NCBI GenBank assembly: GCA_963845535.1
Contig: CAWJSK010000021.1
Coordinates: 32,001-96,000 of the forward strand
Reading direction: 5' to 3'
Length of the DNA: 64,000 bases
Source of the DNA: an uncultured Spirochaetota bacterium
Lineage (GTDB): Bacteria > Spirochaetota > Spirochaetia > SZUA-6 > Fen-1364
This document shows positions 9,753 to 18,777 of the stretch, piece after piece. The translations under genes were made by a program, and so were the position numbers. Under the pieces are notes generated by a model. The model had not been told where the DNA came from. It was given only the letters and a program-made list of their open reading frames with translations, and ran no database searches. Every line of letters starts with the position of its first letter. The first letter of the stretch is position 1.

Positions 9753-9804
9753 TTGACACTACCCATGTTTACTGTAATATACAGTAAACAGCAAGAGGTG
9801 TCAA
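9753..9804. promoter_or_regulatory. Overlapping divergent sigma70 promoters with a central palindromic operator
   Basis: TTGACA at 9753-9758 (+) and 9804-9799 (-). Shared -10 region TAATAT/TATATT at 9775-9781. Palindrome TGTTTACTGTA-ata-TACAGTAAACA at 9766-9790. Confidence 0.7.
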
Positions 9805-9808
9805 CCCC

Positions 9809-11506
9809 ATGAAGCGCAACCGTCCCTTCAGTCTCGATTCCAAGTCCATGGCCGCCCTCCCCATCGTCAACTGCTTCCTCGCGCGTTTGCACCTGCCCGA
9901 CATCTTCGCCAACTACCTTCCCCCGCCCGATCCTCGCACCCACCTCGACCCCGTCGCCACTCTCGGTGCCTTCCTTCGCTGCCTCATCATCGCCCGTACC
10001 CCCTTGTATTCTGTCATCGAATGGGCACAGCCTTTCCATCCTCTGCTTCTGGGCTGCCGACCCCAGCAGCTCAACGACGACCGCATCGGTCGATGCCTCG
10101 ACCGACTCTTCGACGCTGACCGCTGCGCTCTGTTGACCGCATTCGTCCTGCACATGATCAAGGAGTTTGCCATTTCCCCGCAGGAACTGCACAACGACTC
10201 CACCTCCATCACCTTGAGCGGATGGTACGGCCAAGCCGACGGACAACCGATGCGTGGCAAGCGGACTCTCCGAGTTACCTACGGGCATAATAAGGACCAT
10301 AGACTGGATTTGAAGCAGCTTGTGTGGATCCTCACTGTCACCGAGGAAGGGGTTCCCGTGCACTTCAAAGTCGCCGACGGCAACACCGAAGACTCCCGCA
10401 CCCACTGGGAGACATGGCAGGCGCTGTGCTTGCTGGTTGGCAACAGCCGTTTCCTGTATGTGGCGGACTGCAAGCTATGCACCCGCATGACCCTTCGGGC
10501 CATCGATCAGAAAGGAGGGCGGTTCATCACGATCCTGCCTCAAACCCGCAGGGAAGACAGCCGTTTCAGAAGCTGGTTGCGCACTCATACGCCACAGTGG
10601 CGCGAAGTGGCGCAGTATCCGGGGCGGCTAAAAGAGGATCCGCCTGACGTTATCTGCGCAGTCGATTCTCCCTTGCCTGATGCCGACGGGTTCCGCCTGA
10701 TCTGGTTTCACAGCTCAGCGAAGCTGGAGAGGGACGGGGAAGAGCGGCAGCAGAGGATCGCCCGGGCACAAGGAGAGTTGGACCAGCTAAAGGCCAAGGT
10801 GGAGGCCCCACGCAGCCGATTGAAGACACGGGAGGGGATCGCGGCAAAGGCGGACAGGATCCTTGCCAGCCGGGGGGTGCAACGGTGGCTGCGCTACACG
10901 ATCGAGGAGTGGCGGGACGAGAAGTTTCGCCAGGAAAAGCGAGGGCGGGCCGGAGCGCGGACCCGGTGGCGTCGTTCAGTGCGTATACGCTTTCGGTTGA
11001 GCTTCTCGAATGTTGCGGCCACGATCGCAGAGGATGCGCGATCTGACGGAGTGTTTCCCTTGCTGAGCAACTGCCGCGATCTGTCGGAGACTCAGATCCT
11101 GGAAGCGTACAAGAGGAAACATCCTCTCATCGAGAAACGCCACGCGATGTTGAAGAGCGTGTTGGGCACGACGCCAGTGTTCTTGAAGAACATCGGGCGC
11201 GTGGAAGCGTTCCTTTTCATGGAGTTCCTGGCAATGACGGTGCATGCTTTGGTAGAGCGTGAATTGCGGCGGGCTATGGAACGGGAAGGCACCGAGAAGT
11301 TGTTTCTGTATCCGGAAGACAGGGACTGCAAGGCACCTACGGCGGCTCGGGTCTTCGAGGTCTTCGGGAGCATGCAGCGGCACATCCTCCGTCAAGAAGA
11401 CGGAGAGGTGATGCAGAAGTTCATGCCCGAGCTATCTGAGGCGCAAGAGCAGGTATTGGATTTGCTTGGCATTTCTGTCAGTCAGTTTATGACGGGCATG
11501 GGTTGA
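9809..11506 (+). CDS. IS1634-family DDE transposase
   Basis: LNDDRIGRCLD, HNDSTSIT, YGHNKDHRLDLKQ, DGNTED, VADCKL and Y...IEKRH motifs. 565 aa. Confidence 0.93.
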   Translation: MKRNRPFSLDSKSMAALPIVNCFLARLHLPDIFANYLPPPDPRTHLDPVATLGAFLRCLIIARTPLYSVIEWAQPFHPLLLGCRPQQLNDDRIGRCLDRLFDADRCALLTAFVLHMIKEFAISPQELHNDSTSITLSGWYGQADGQPMRGKRTLRVTYGHNKDHRLDLKQLVWILTVTEEGVPVHFKVADGNTEDSRTHWETWQALCLLVGNSRFLYVADCKLCTRMTLRAIDQKGGRFITILPQTRREDSRFRSWLRTHTPQWREVAQYPGRLKEDPPDVICAVDSPLPDADGFRLIWFHSSAKLERDGEERQQRIARAQGELDQLKAKVEAPRSRLKTREGIAAKADRILASRGVQRWLRYTIEEWRDEKFRQEKRGRAGARTRWRRSVRIRFRLSFSNVAATIAEDARSDGVFPLLSNCRDLSETQILEAYKRKHPLIEKRHAMLKSVLGTTPVFLKNIGRVEAFLFMEFLAMTVHALVERELRRAMEREGTEKLFLYPEDRDCKAPTAARVFEVFGSMQRHILRQEDGEVMQKFMPELSEAQEQVLDLLGISVSQFMTGMG

Positions 11507-11602
11507 ACCGAAGCGAAGGGTCCAGGGTGGGGGGAGAAATCCAAACCCTGACCTGCGGAAAAAAGGTTCTATCCCACCTTTCGCGGGTTCGATACAGAAA
11601 AA

Positions 11603-11629
11603 TGTACTTTTATTGTACTCGACTTGTAC
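11603..11629 (-). promoter_or_regulatory. Three TGTAC repeats at 11-bp spacing, candidate response-regulator site
   Basis: TGTAC at 11603, 11614 and 11625, between the response-regulator gene and the IS-interrupted SBP promoter. Confidence 0.5.
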
Positions 11630-11656
11630 CGGGACAGGGATCGCTTCGCAGAGCCG

Positions 11657-12310
11657 TCAGAGAAGAGAAAGGTTCTGTCGCGCCGTCCGTATGGCATGGG
11701 ACCGGCTGTTCACTCCGATTTTTCCATAGATTCTGTGGACGTAGTTTCTCACGGTCTGCTCTGCCAGAAACACGCGGGCGGCGATCTCCTTGTTGTCCAG
11801 ACCGTCAGCCATGAGCGTGAGGAGCTTCTTCTCCGTCCTGTTCATTTCATCAACCCAGGCCGGAGGATCAGCCGCCGGCGCTTCCCCGATGGTCCGGGTC
11901 AGCTTCGACAACACGCTTTGAGAGAGGGGCGCGACGTTCGTGGTGCAGACGCTCTTGATCTGGGCAACGAGGTCGTCAATGGGGATGTCCTTCAGCAGAT
12001 ACCCGCTGGCGCCGAACTTCAAGGCTTCCTTGACGTATTCGTCATCATCGTAGGTGGTGAGCATGATGACCTTGATCTCGGGATGCCGCTCGTGGATGAT
12101 CCTCACCGCTTCCACCCCGTTCATGACGGGCATGCGGATGTCCATGACAATGACGTCCGGCAGGCTTCGCTCCACGGTTTCGACCGCCTCGGCGCCGTCA
12201 TACGCGCAGGAAACGACCTTGAGAGACCTGTCCACCTTTTTCAGAATCGCGGTCAGGCTCTCAATGAATATCCTCTGATCATCGACGAACATCAACCGGA
12301 CTGTCTTCAT
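11657..12310 (-). CDS. NarL/LuxR-family response regulator
   Basis: REC domain (FVDDQ, MDIRMP, LTTYDD) plus LuxR HTH (NKEIAARVFLAEQTVRNYV). Confidence 0.95.
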   Translation of the reverse strand: MKTVRLMFVDDQRIFIESLTAILKKVDRSLKVVSCAYDGAEAVETVERSLPDVIVMDIRMPVMNGVEAVRIIHERHPEIKVIMLTTYDDDEYVKEALKFGASGYLLKDIPIDDLVAQIKSVCTTNVAPLSQSVLSKLTRTIGEAPAADPPAWVDEMNRTEKKLLTLMADGLDNKEIAARVFLAEQTVRNYVHRIYGKIGVNSRSHAIRTARQNLSLL

Positions 12311-13532
12311 GCATTTCCTCGTGGATGGTGTCCAGGGGCACGCGGATGGTGAGGACGAAGCCGTGGGGATAACGGCGGACGTCCAGCGTTCCGCGGAAAG
12401 ACGAAAGCCTCTCCTGCATGCCCGTAAGACCGATCCCTTTCCCTGCTTCGTCGTCGCTTCCCTGCCCGTTGTCACTGATGTTCAACACCAGCTCCGTCTC
12501 TGTTTTCCAGAAGATGATGGAGACCTCCGTCGCCTTTCCGTGTCGAACGGAATTGACGAGCGCCTCCTGAATGACCCTGTAGAAAACCGAGTCGAGGCTT
12601 CCGCTCCACCGGCCGGACGTGTTGCCCAGATCAAAGGTGACCTTGATCCCCGTGGATTCCCGGAACAACCTGATGATCGTATCGATCTCTGCGGGGCCAT
12701 CATTGCGGGTGACCTCTCGGAGCTTCCGCAGCACGCTGCGGGTCTCGGAAAGCCCATTGCTGGCGTTCTTCAGGGCGTCATCCAGGAACGAGTGGGCTTT
12801 CTTCAGCCGCCGCGGCACGTAGTAGCTGCAAGCCCGCAGCAGCGTGATATTGTTCGTCAGCACGTACCCCACCGTATCATGGATATCCCGCGTTATCCTC
12901 AGACGCTCCGCGTTTTCGAACTCTTCCTTCTTGTTGAGGGCGTATTTCTGGATCCCGACGTTCGTCTCGACGAGGTTTACGATCGTGTTTCGTTGATTCT
13001 TGATGAGCTCATTCAACGCCTCATGGGAATCCAGGACGGTCGATATGATGAAGTCCAGGAGAATGAGAATGACAAAGAGGAACCCCAGCATCAGCATTTC
13101 GCTTGCGCCCGGGGCGGGCGTCTGGACGCCGCCAACGCTGATGGATTGCTGGAAACTGAGGATGCACATGCCGGCAAGGAAAGCGAAAACAAGATTTACC
13201 GGCTTCCGAAGAAAATAGCCGCAGGCAATCAGGAACACGGAGGAAAGGATCACGGTGATCCCCAGGTTGCAGTTGGTGATGGTAAGAACAAAAAGGATGA
13301 GCACGAGCTGGATTGTCAGAAAGAGCATGTTCAGCGCTTTCTTTCGAAACCGGACAAGAAAAACGACGTCGACCACTGCGAGAAGCAGGAGAACCCGCGC
13401 GTCGACGACTGAGTTATAGGGGTCGATCAGGGTGTTCCTGACAAGCTGGTATTGGACAAAGCTGAACACGTGCCCTGCGAGGAGTATGCCGGGAAAAACG
13501 ATCCCCACGGAATTCGTTCTGGGCCTGCGCAT
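12279..13532 (-). CDS. Membrane sensor histidine kinase (HisKA_3 type)
   Basis: Several N-terminal TM helices, ERLRITRDIHDTVG, QEALVNSVRHG, DNGQG and GIGL.GM.ER. Confidence 0.93.
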   Translation of the reverse strand: MRRPRTNSVGIVFPGILLAGHVFSFVQYQLVRNTLIDPYNSVVDARVLLLLAVVDVVFLVRFRKKALNMLFLTIQLVLILFVLTITNCNLGITVILSSVFLIACGYFLRKPVNLVFAFLAGMCILSFQQSISVGGVQTPAPGASEMLMLGFLFVILILLDFIISTVLDSHEALNELIKNQRNTIVNLVETNVGIQKYALNKKEEFENAERLRITRDIHDTVGYVLTNNITLLRACSYYVPRRLKKAHSFLDDALKNASNGLSETRSVLRKLREVTRNDGPAEIDTIIRLFRESTGIKVTFDLGNTSGRWSGSLDSVFYRVIQEALVNSVRHGKATEVSIIFWKTETELVLNISDNGQGSDDEAGKGIGLTGMQERLSSFRGTLDVRRYPHGFVLTIRVPLDTIHEEMHEDSPVDVRR

Positions 13533-13577
13533 GAGGTGATTGTACAACACGCCCAGACGGCGTGCACGGGGCCTGCC

Positions 13578-14780
13578 TCAGGGAGCCGTTGACCTGATTC
13601 GCTTCACGCCCTCTTTCCGGAAGGCAAGGGCCACGAATGTGATGGCCGCCAGCACGCTCACGCCGGCGGATACGATGAACCCGGCGCCGATCACGGAAGC
13701 CGTGATGACTACTCCCGCCAGGAAAGGCCCCGAGGAGTGGCCGATGTCCATGATGGAGCTGAGCGCGCCGAGTGAGGCCCCCAGGTTTTTCTCCCGGGCC
13801 ACGTCAGCCACGTACGTGCTCGTTGCCACCGTGGAAACCGACATAGCAAGGCCAAACAGCACGGCAATCACCCCCACCGCGAAGACCCCGTGGAACAGGG
13901 GCACGAGGGCGGTGAAGGCTGCAAGAAGAAGGATGCCGAAGAGGACCTGCACGCGCCTGTCCACGGTGTCGGCAAGCCGTCCGAACAGTGGCTTGGTAAG
14001 CGCGATGGAAAGGACCTGGATGGAGAATACGAATCCGATCTGGTACGCGGGAACTCCCTGCTCTTGGAGATAGAGGGGCAGGTACGTCTCAATGACTCCG
14101 TAGCAGAAATACGTCGCCATCTCCACAAGCGACGTTCCCAGAAGCTTGCCGTTCTTGACGAACTCCGCCAGGCTCTTCCCGAAGTCGGCAGCGCTCACCT
14201 TCTTGACCCCCGCGCCGCCATCGTCCCGCTTGAGGACGAGGGTCAGAATGAGCACAGGGACGCACAAGACAAAGGCCGCGGCATAGACGGACCGGTAATT
14301 GAGAAGCGATATGATGAGGCCTCCCAGGAAGGGGGCCAGCGTGCGGCCAATCAACGTGGCTGAGGAGTACAGCCCGAGCTTTTCTCCCTTGCTCTCAGGA
14401 TAGGAGCTGACAATCACGGCTACCGGCCCCAGGATGGCGGTGGCAATGCCGTGGAAGAACCGGATGGGGATCAGCCAGAACGCGTTGTGCACAAGGAGGT
14501 AGAGCGGCGGGGCAAGAATGAAAACGATAGATGCCACAATGAGGAGCCGCTTCTTCCCCATGCGGTCCGCCAGGAGCCCAACAGGGAAGCTGAAGAAGAT
14601 TCCCGCCAGCGGGGAGATTGCCGCAATGAGGCCGATCACCGTATCCGTGCCGGAAAGGGATTTCACGAAGAGCGGCAGGACGGGACTCTTGGACATGGTG
14701 GTGGAAAAGATTGCGAAAAACCCGATGAACGAGAGTGCGATGATCCCGGAAGAGCCCCGGTCCCTCGTTGACTGCGCCAT
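13578..14780 (-). CDS. MFS transporter
   Basis: About 12 TM helices. Motif A (GLLADRMGKKR) and its repeat GRLADTVDRR. Confidence 0.92.
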   Translation of the reverse strand: MAQSTRDRGSSGIIALSFIGFFAIFSTTMSKSPVLPLFVKSLSGTDTVIGLIAAISPLAGIFFSFPVGLLADRMGKKRLLIVASIVFILAPPLYLLVHNAFWLIPIRFFHGIATAILGPVAVIVSSYPESKGEKLGLYSSATLIGRTLAPFLGGLIISLLNYRSVYAAAFVLCVPVLILTLVLKRDDGGAGVKKVSAADFGKSLAEFVKNGKLLGTSLVEMATYFCYGVIETYLPLYLQEQGVPAYQIGFVFSIQVLSIALTKPLFGRLADTVDRRVQVLFGILLLAAFTALVPLFHGVFAVGVIAVLFGLAMSVSTVATSTYVADVAREKNLGASLGALSSIMDIGHSSGPFLAGVVITASVIGAGFIVSAGVSVLAAITFVALAFRKEGVKRIRSTAP

Positions 14781-14799
14781 TGGCGAGCCCCCTTCCGCG

Positions 14800-16342
14800 T
14801 CAGCCCTTGGGGAAAATCACCGTGAAAGAGGAGCCGGCATCAGGCTTCGAATGAACGATGATCCGCCCGTTGTATTCTCCCAGGACGCGTTTCACTGTTG
14901 CAAGGCCGAGGCCCGTGCCCGCAATCCCCGAGGTTTTCTGGCTCTTGACCCGGTAGAACTCCTGGAAGATCGACTTCAGCTCCGGGTCGCTCATGCCAAT
15001 CCCCGTGTCGGTCACCGTGATCTCCCACGCTTCACCCGTGTCCGCCATGCGGACCGTGAGGCTTCCCCTCTCCCGGTTATATTTGATCCCGTTGGAGATG
15101 AGGTTCATGAAAATCCGGTCAAGATCCCCACGGTCGGCTTTCACGGGATACGCTTCCCCGGGAGCATCCAGCGTGGCAACGATCCGCCTCTTCTCCGTCT
15201 GGACCTTGAAGAACTCAAGCTGGGAGGCAATGACCGCTTTCAGGTCGAGGTCTTCGATGGACCGCTGCACCTTCCCCACGTCGCGGCTGTTGATGTACAG
15301 CAGGTCCCGTACGAGGTCCAGGAGCGCCTCCCCGCGGACCTTGCAGCGCTCCAGCATCTCCCGCACCTTGGTTGGGTTGTCGTCGAACATGCCGGTGAGG
15401 ATCACGTTGATGTAGTTGATGATGGCGGAAAGCGGGCTCTTCAGCTCGTGGGCCACCATGGAAACGAAGCGGTTCTTGTCCTGCTCCGCCCTCCAGCTCT
15501 CCGTGACGTCGGTGAGGATGACGATGGCGCCGCCGCGCTCGCCATCCAGCATGAGCGCAGAGACGCTCACGGAGAGCATCCCCTGCCAGGCGCCCGTGAG
15601 CGTGAGGTCGGCTGACTCCGCGTCTCCCACGGGGTGCTGCAGCACGCGCGTCTCGGGCTTTCCGGCGGCGGCATCCACCACCGCTTCAATGGCGGCCTGG
15701 ATCTCCAGGTCCGGAAAAAGGTCCGGCAGCGTGACGCCGTCACGGAAGTGCGTCCCCAGGAAGTGCTCAGCCCGGGGGTTCATCAGCACGGGCTCCTTGC
15801 GGATGTTGAGGACGACCACCCCTTCGTGCATGGAGGCGATCATCTGGTGGGACATGTTGCGCTCAGAGGCAAGCTCGGAGAGGTACCTCTCCCGTTCGCG
15901 GATCAGGCGCCACTGCTGCGCGGCCCGGTTTGCCACCTGCACCAGGTCCTCCGGCGTGAACGGCTTGACGAGGAAGTCGAACGCGCCGTGCTGCGTCACT
16001 TCCACCGCGGCTTCCACGGTTGCAAGCGCTGAGACAATGACAACCACCGTGCGCCCGGCGAAGCGCCGGGTGATGTGCTCCGTGACCTTGAATCCGTCAA
16101 TGCCGGGCATCTTCAGGTCCACGAGGGCGACATCAGCGGGCTCCTCCTCCAGGAGACGGAGCGCGGTCTCACCGTCCCGGGCGGTGCGCACGGTGAAGCC
16201 GCGGCGCTCCAGCACGCGCCGCATGCCCTCCCGCATCCCTTCCTCATCATCGATGACAAGGACATGGATGCTTTCCGGGTCCCGAGCGGTCGGGCTCGCT
16301 GCGAAAAGTCTCGGATGTTGCGGCGGGCCGCGCGTCAGGCAT
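14800..16342 (-). CDS. Hybrid REC-PAS-histidine kinase, with an apparent extra base near 16304-16307
   Basis: REC start IHVLVIDDEEG lies in frame upstream of the ORF-track Met. DLKMPG, a PAS-like region, VAHELKSPL and GTGLGL follow. Removing one base from the A4 run joins ATG 16342. Confidence 0.88.
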
Positions 16343-16739
16343 TATGCTTGCTGCTGGAGAGGCACTGCTCGATCTTGCCCCGGAGGTGCTCCAGGGGGAC
16401 GGGCTTGGTGAGAACTTCGTCCACCTTCATCCATTCACGCCCGGGGGTGGCCCCTGTTTCAAAGGTGAACCCGACCTTGCGCGGGGCCGCGGTCTGCATG
16501 ATGATGGGGACCTTCCCGAGGCCGGGCAGGTCGCGCACCTTCTTGCAAAACACGAAACCCGAATCGTAATGCTCCATCATGAGGTCCGCAATGATGATGT
16601 CGGGGGCCTTCTCCTTCGCCTTCTGGAGCCCTTCTTCCACCGTCAGCGCCGTCTCGATGACGTAGCCGCTTTTCTCCAAGAAAGCCTTCTGTCCCTCGAT
16701 GAGGTCCGTGTCGTCATCAACGATCAGTATTCGAGCCAC
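16335..16739 (-). CDS. Single-domain response regulator (REC only)
   Basis: ILIVDDD, ADLMME and LTKP motifs. 134 aa. Confidence 0.92.
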   Translation of the reverse strand: MARILIVDDDTDLIEGQKAFLEKSGYVIETALTVEEGLQKAKEKAPDIIIADLMMEHYDSGFVFCKKVRDLPGLGKVPIIMQTAAPRKVGFTFETGATPGREWMKVDEVLTKPVPLEHLRGKIEQCLSSSKHNA

Positions 16740-16740
16740 G

Positions 16741-18771
16741 TCATTCCTCCTTGCCCATGCCGCGGGGGGCGCCTTGGGGCGACTCGTGATGGCGAATCCT
16801 CACCGTGAAGCTCGCGCCGCCGCCGGGGTTGTTCGCGGCCTGGATGGTCCCTCCGTGCATCTTCACGATGCCGTAGCAGACCGACAGGCCGAGGCCCGTG
16901 CCCTTCCCGACCTTCTTCGTCGTGAAAAAAGGCGAGAACAGCTTCGGCAGGTTCTCCTGCGGGATTCCGGGGCCTGAGTCGGAGATCGTGACCACGAACT
17001 CCCCTTCCCCGTCCTCGGTGGAAACCTGGATGAGTCCCCCGCCGGGCATGGCTTCCACCGCGTTCTTCAACAGGTTGTCGAAGACCTGGCGCAATTGTCC
17101 GCCGTCCACCCACTGCAGCGGAAGCGATTGGTCCAGCGCGAACTCTATCCGGATTTTCCCGTTTGGTGAAGTTCCCAGGATGCCGCTGGCGGAGCTTTGC
17201 ACGAGCGCATTGATGTCCGTAGCGGTGCGCTCCACCTTCTCCTCCCGGGCGAAGTTCAGGATCCCGCGGACAATGGTGCGAGTGCGCTCCGCCTCCGCAA
17301 TGATGCGGTCCAGGTCTTCGCGGCTCTTGGGGGAAGCTGCGGCGGTCGCGCTCGCGTCAGCCAGCTCCTCCTTGAGCAGATGGGAGTACATGAGGACGAC
17401 GCCAAGCGGGTTGTTGATCTCATGGGCAATGCCGGCGGCCATCTGGCCCATGGAGGCGAGCTTCTCAGCGTGGATCAGCAGGGCCTGGTTCTCCGTGAGG
17501 TCTTTCATGGCCTTCTCGACGCGGGAGATGAGATACGGCAGGCACATCTCCACCTCGGCCTTGCCTCGGTAGACCGCTTCCGCTTTCTGCCGGCAGGAGG
17601 CGTAGCCGCATGCCCCGCAGTTCAGCTCGTCCGCGGCGGTGTTCTTGCCGGTGAGCGCCAGGATCCTCCGTATCTCCTCTTCCGGCGCGGGAACCTCCTC
17701 ACGCACAACGGGGTGGAATCGCGTGGAAAGGTCGATGTCGAGGTAGCTGGAATGCTCTGCGGCCCATTCCTCGATGTCCCGCGTGCACGGCCGGCTTCCG
17801 AGATACTCCACGATGTACTTCTTCCTCTCGTAGAACGTCAGGTCGTTCACCATCACGGGGCCGCCAATGCAGCCCTCACAGAAAAGAAGGTCGAACAGCC
17901 GGTAGGTGGTCTTCTCCCCGCTCTTCACCCTCTCGGAAAGAACGCGCAGGATCTCCATGACCCTGTCCTGTCCCTCGACAACGTACACGGGGCTTTCCAG
18001 GAGGTCGTCTTCTATCGCCGCGGCCTTCAAGAGCCCGCCGGTCACGGGATAGATCCTCCCGAGGTTTGCGTGAGGGGGAGCGAACTCTGCGGGGGACGCG
18101 AAGCGCGGGTCAATGGCGGAATCAGCAAAAAGGTCAACCAGCTCTGAAAACGTGAGGACCGCGTCCACCTCTCCCGAACGCCAGGCCTCCACTTTTTTGG
18201 CGACGCAAGGGCCAATGAAAACGAGCTTTGCCTGCGGATCCACCTTCTGCCTCACGACGCGCGCCGTTGCCTCCATGGGGGAGACGATGGGGGCAAGGTA
18301 CGGCGCCAGCTCGGGAAGCATTTTCTCCACGTACTGGACCACCGCGGGGCAGGGCGTGGAGATGAGGAAATCCTCCGGGTCCCGCTCCAGGAGCGCGTGA
18401 AACGTCTGGTAGTACTGGTACGAGACAAGGTCCGCCCCGAATGCCACCTCCATGACGCCGTCGAACCCCGCGGCAAGCAAGGCGCCCACGAGACGCTCGG
18501 GCGCGAGGTCCAGGAAAGCCGCGGGAAACGAAGGGGCAAGCAGGGCGTACTTGCGCCCCGGCCCGCCCAGGATGGCTTTCACCGAGCCGAGGGAGGAGAC
18601 GACGCGCTTGGCCCCCTGGGAGCAGACGTTCACGCAGTAGCCGCAGGAGATGCAGAAGTCTTCAATGATCTCAGCCTGCCCACCGCGGACCTGGAGGGCC
18701 TTGGTGGGACAGGACCGCACGCAGGAGTAGCACTTCTTGCAAATCTCTCCGACGGTATATACCGAGACCAT
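16741..18771 (-). CDS. Sensory [FeFe]-hydrogenase (group C-like) fused to a histidine kinase
   Basis: 2x[4Fe-4S] motifs. Variant H-cluster motifs STPCPAV, GPCVAKKVE and LLFCEGCIGG. FeS motif NCGACGY..C. AHEINNPL H-box and GKGTGLGL. Confidence 0.88.
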   Translation of the reverse strand: MVSVYTVGEICKKCYSCVRSCPTKALQVRGGQAEIIEDFCISCGYCVNVCSQGAKRVVSSLGSVKAILGGPGRKYALLAPSFPAAFLDLAPERLVGALLAAGFDGVMEVAFGADLVSYQYYQTFHALLERDPEDFLISTPCPAVVQYVEKMLPELAPYLAPIVSPMEATARVVRQKVDPQAKLVFIGPCVAKKVEAWRSGEVDAVLTFSELVDLFADSAIDPRFASPAEFAPPHANLGRIYPVTGGLLKAAAIEDDLLESPVYVVEGQDRVMEILRVLSERVKSGEKTTYRLFDLLFCEGCIGGPVMVNDLTFYERKKYIVEYLGSRPCTRDIEEWAAEHSSYLDIDLSTRFHPVVREEVPAPEEEIRRILALTGKNTAADELNCGACGYASCRQKAEAVYRGKAEVEMCLPYLISRVEKAMKDLTENQALLIHAEKLASMGQMAAGIAHEINNPLGVVLMYSHLLKEELADASATAAASPKSREDLDRIIAEAERTRTIVRGILNFAREEKVERTATDINALVQSSASGILGTSPNGKIRIEFALDQSLPLQWVDGGQLRQVFDNLLKNAVEAMPGGGLIQVSTEDGEGEFVVTISDSGPGIPQENLPKLFSPFFTTKKVGKGTGLGLSVCYGIVKMHGGTIQAANNPGGGASFTVRIRHHESPQGAPRGMGKEE

Positions 18772-18777
18772 GGGTTC

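Larger units (their letters stand above)
9309..11566 (+). mobile_element. Complete IS1634-family insertion sequence (2,258 bp) with a passenger gene
   Basis: Imperfect TIRs at 9309-9347 and 11528-11566 (16/18 identical at the tips, 31/39 overall). 6-bp TSD TTCTAT at 9303-9308 and 11567-11572. DDE transposase inside. Confidence 0.92.

Noticed and set aside
9772..9784. LexA SOS box (CTGT...ACAG)
   Set aside because: The spacer is 5 bp rather than the 8 bp of the E. coli box. Treated as part of a larger unknown palindrome.
9740..10405. 221-aa antisense ORF within the transposase
   Set aside because: No motifs. It is the shadow frame of the transposase gene.
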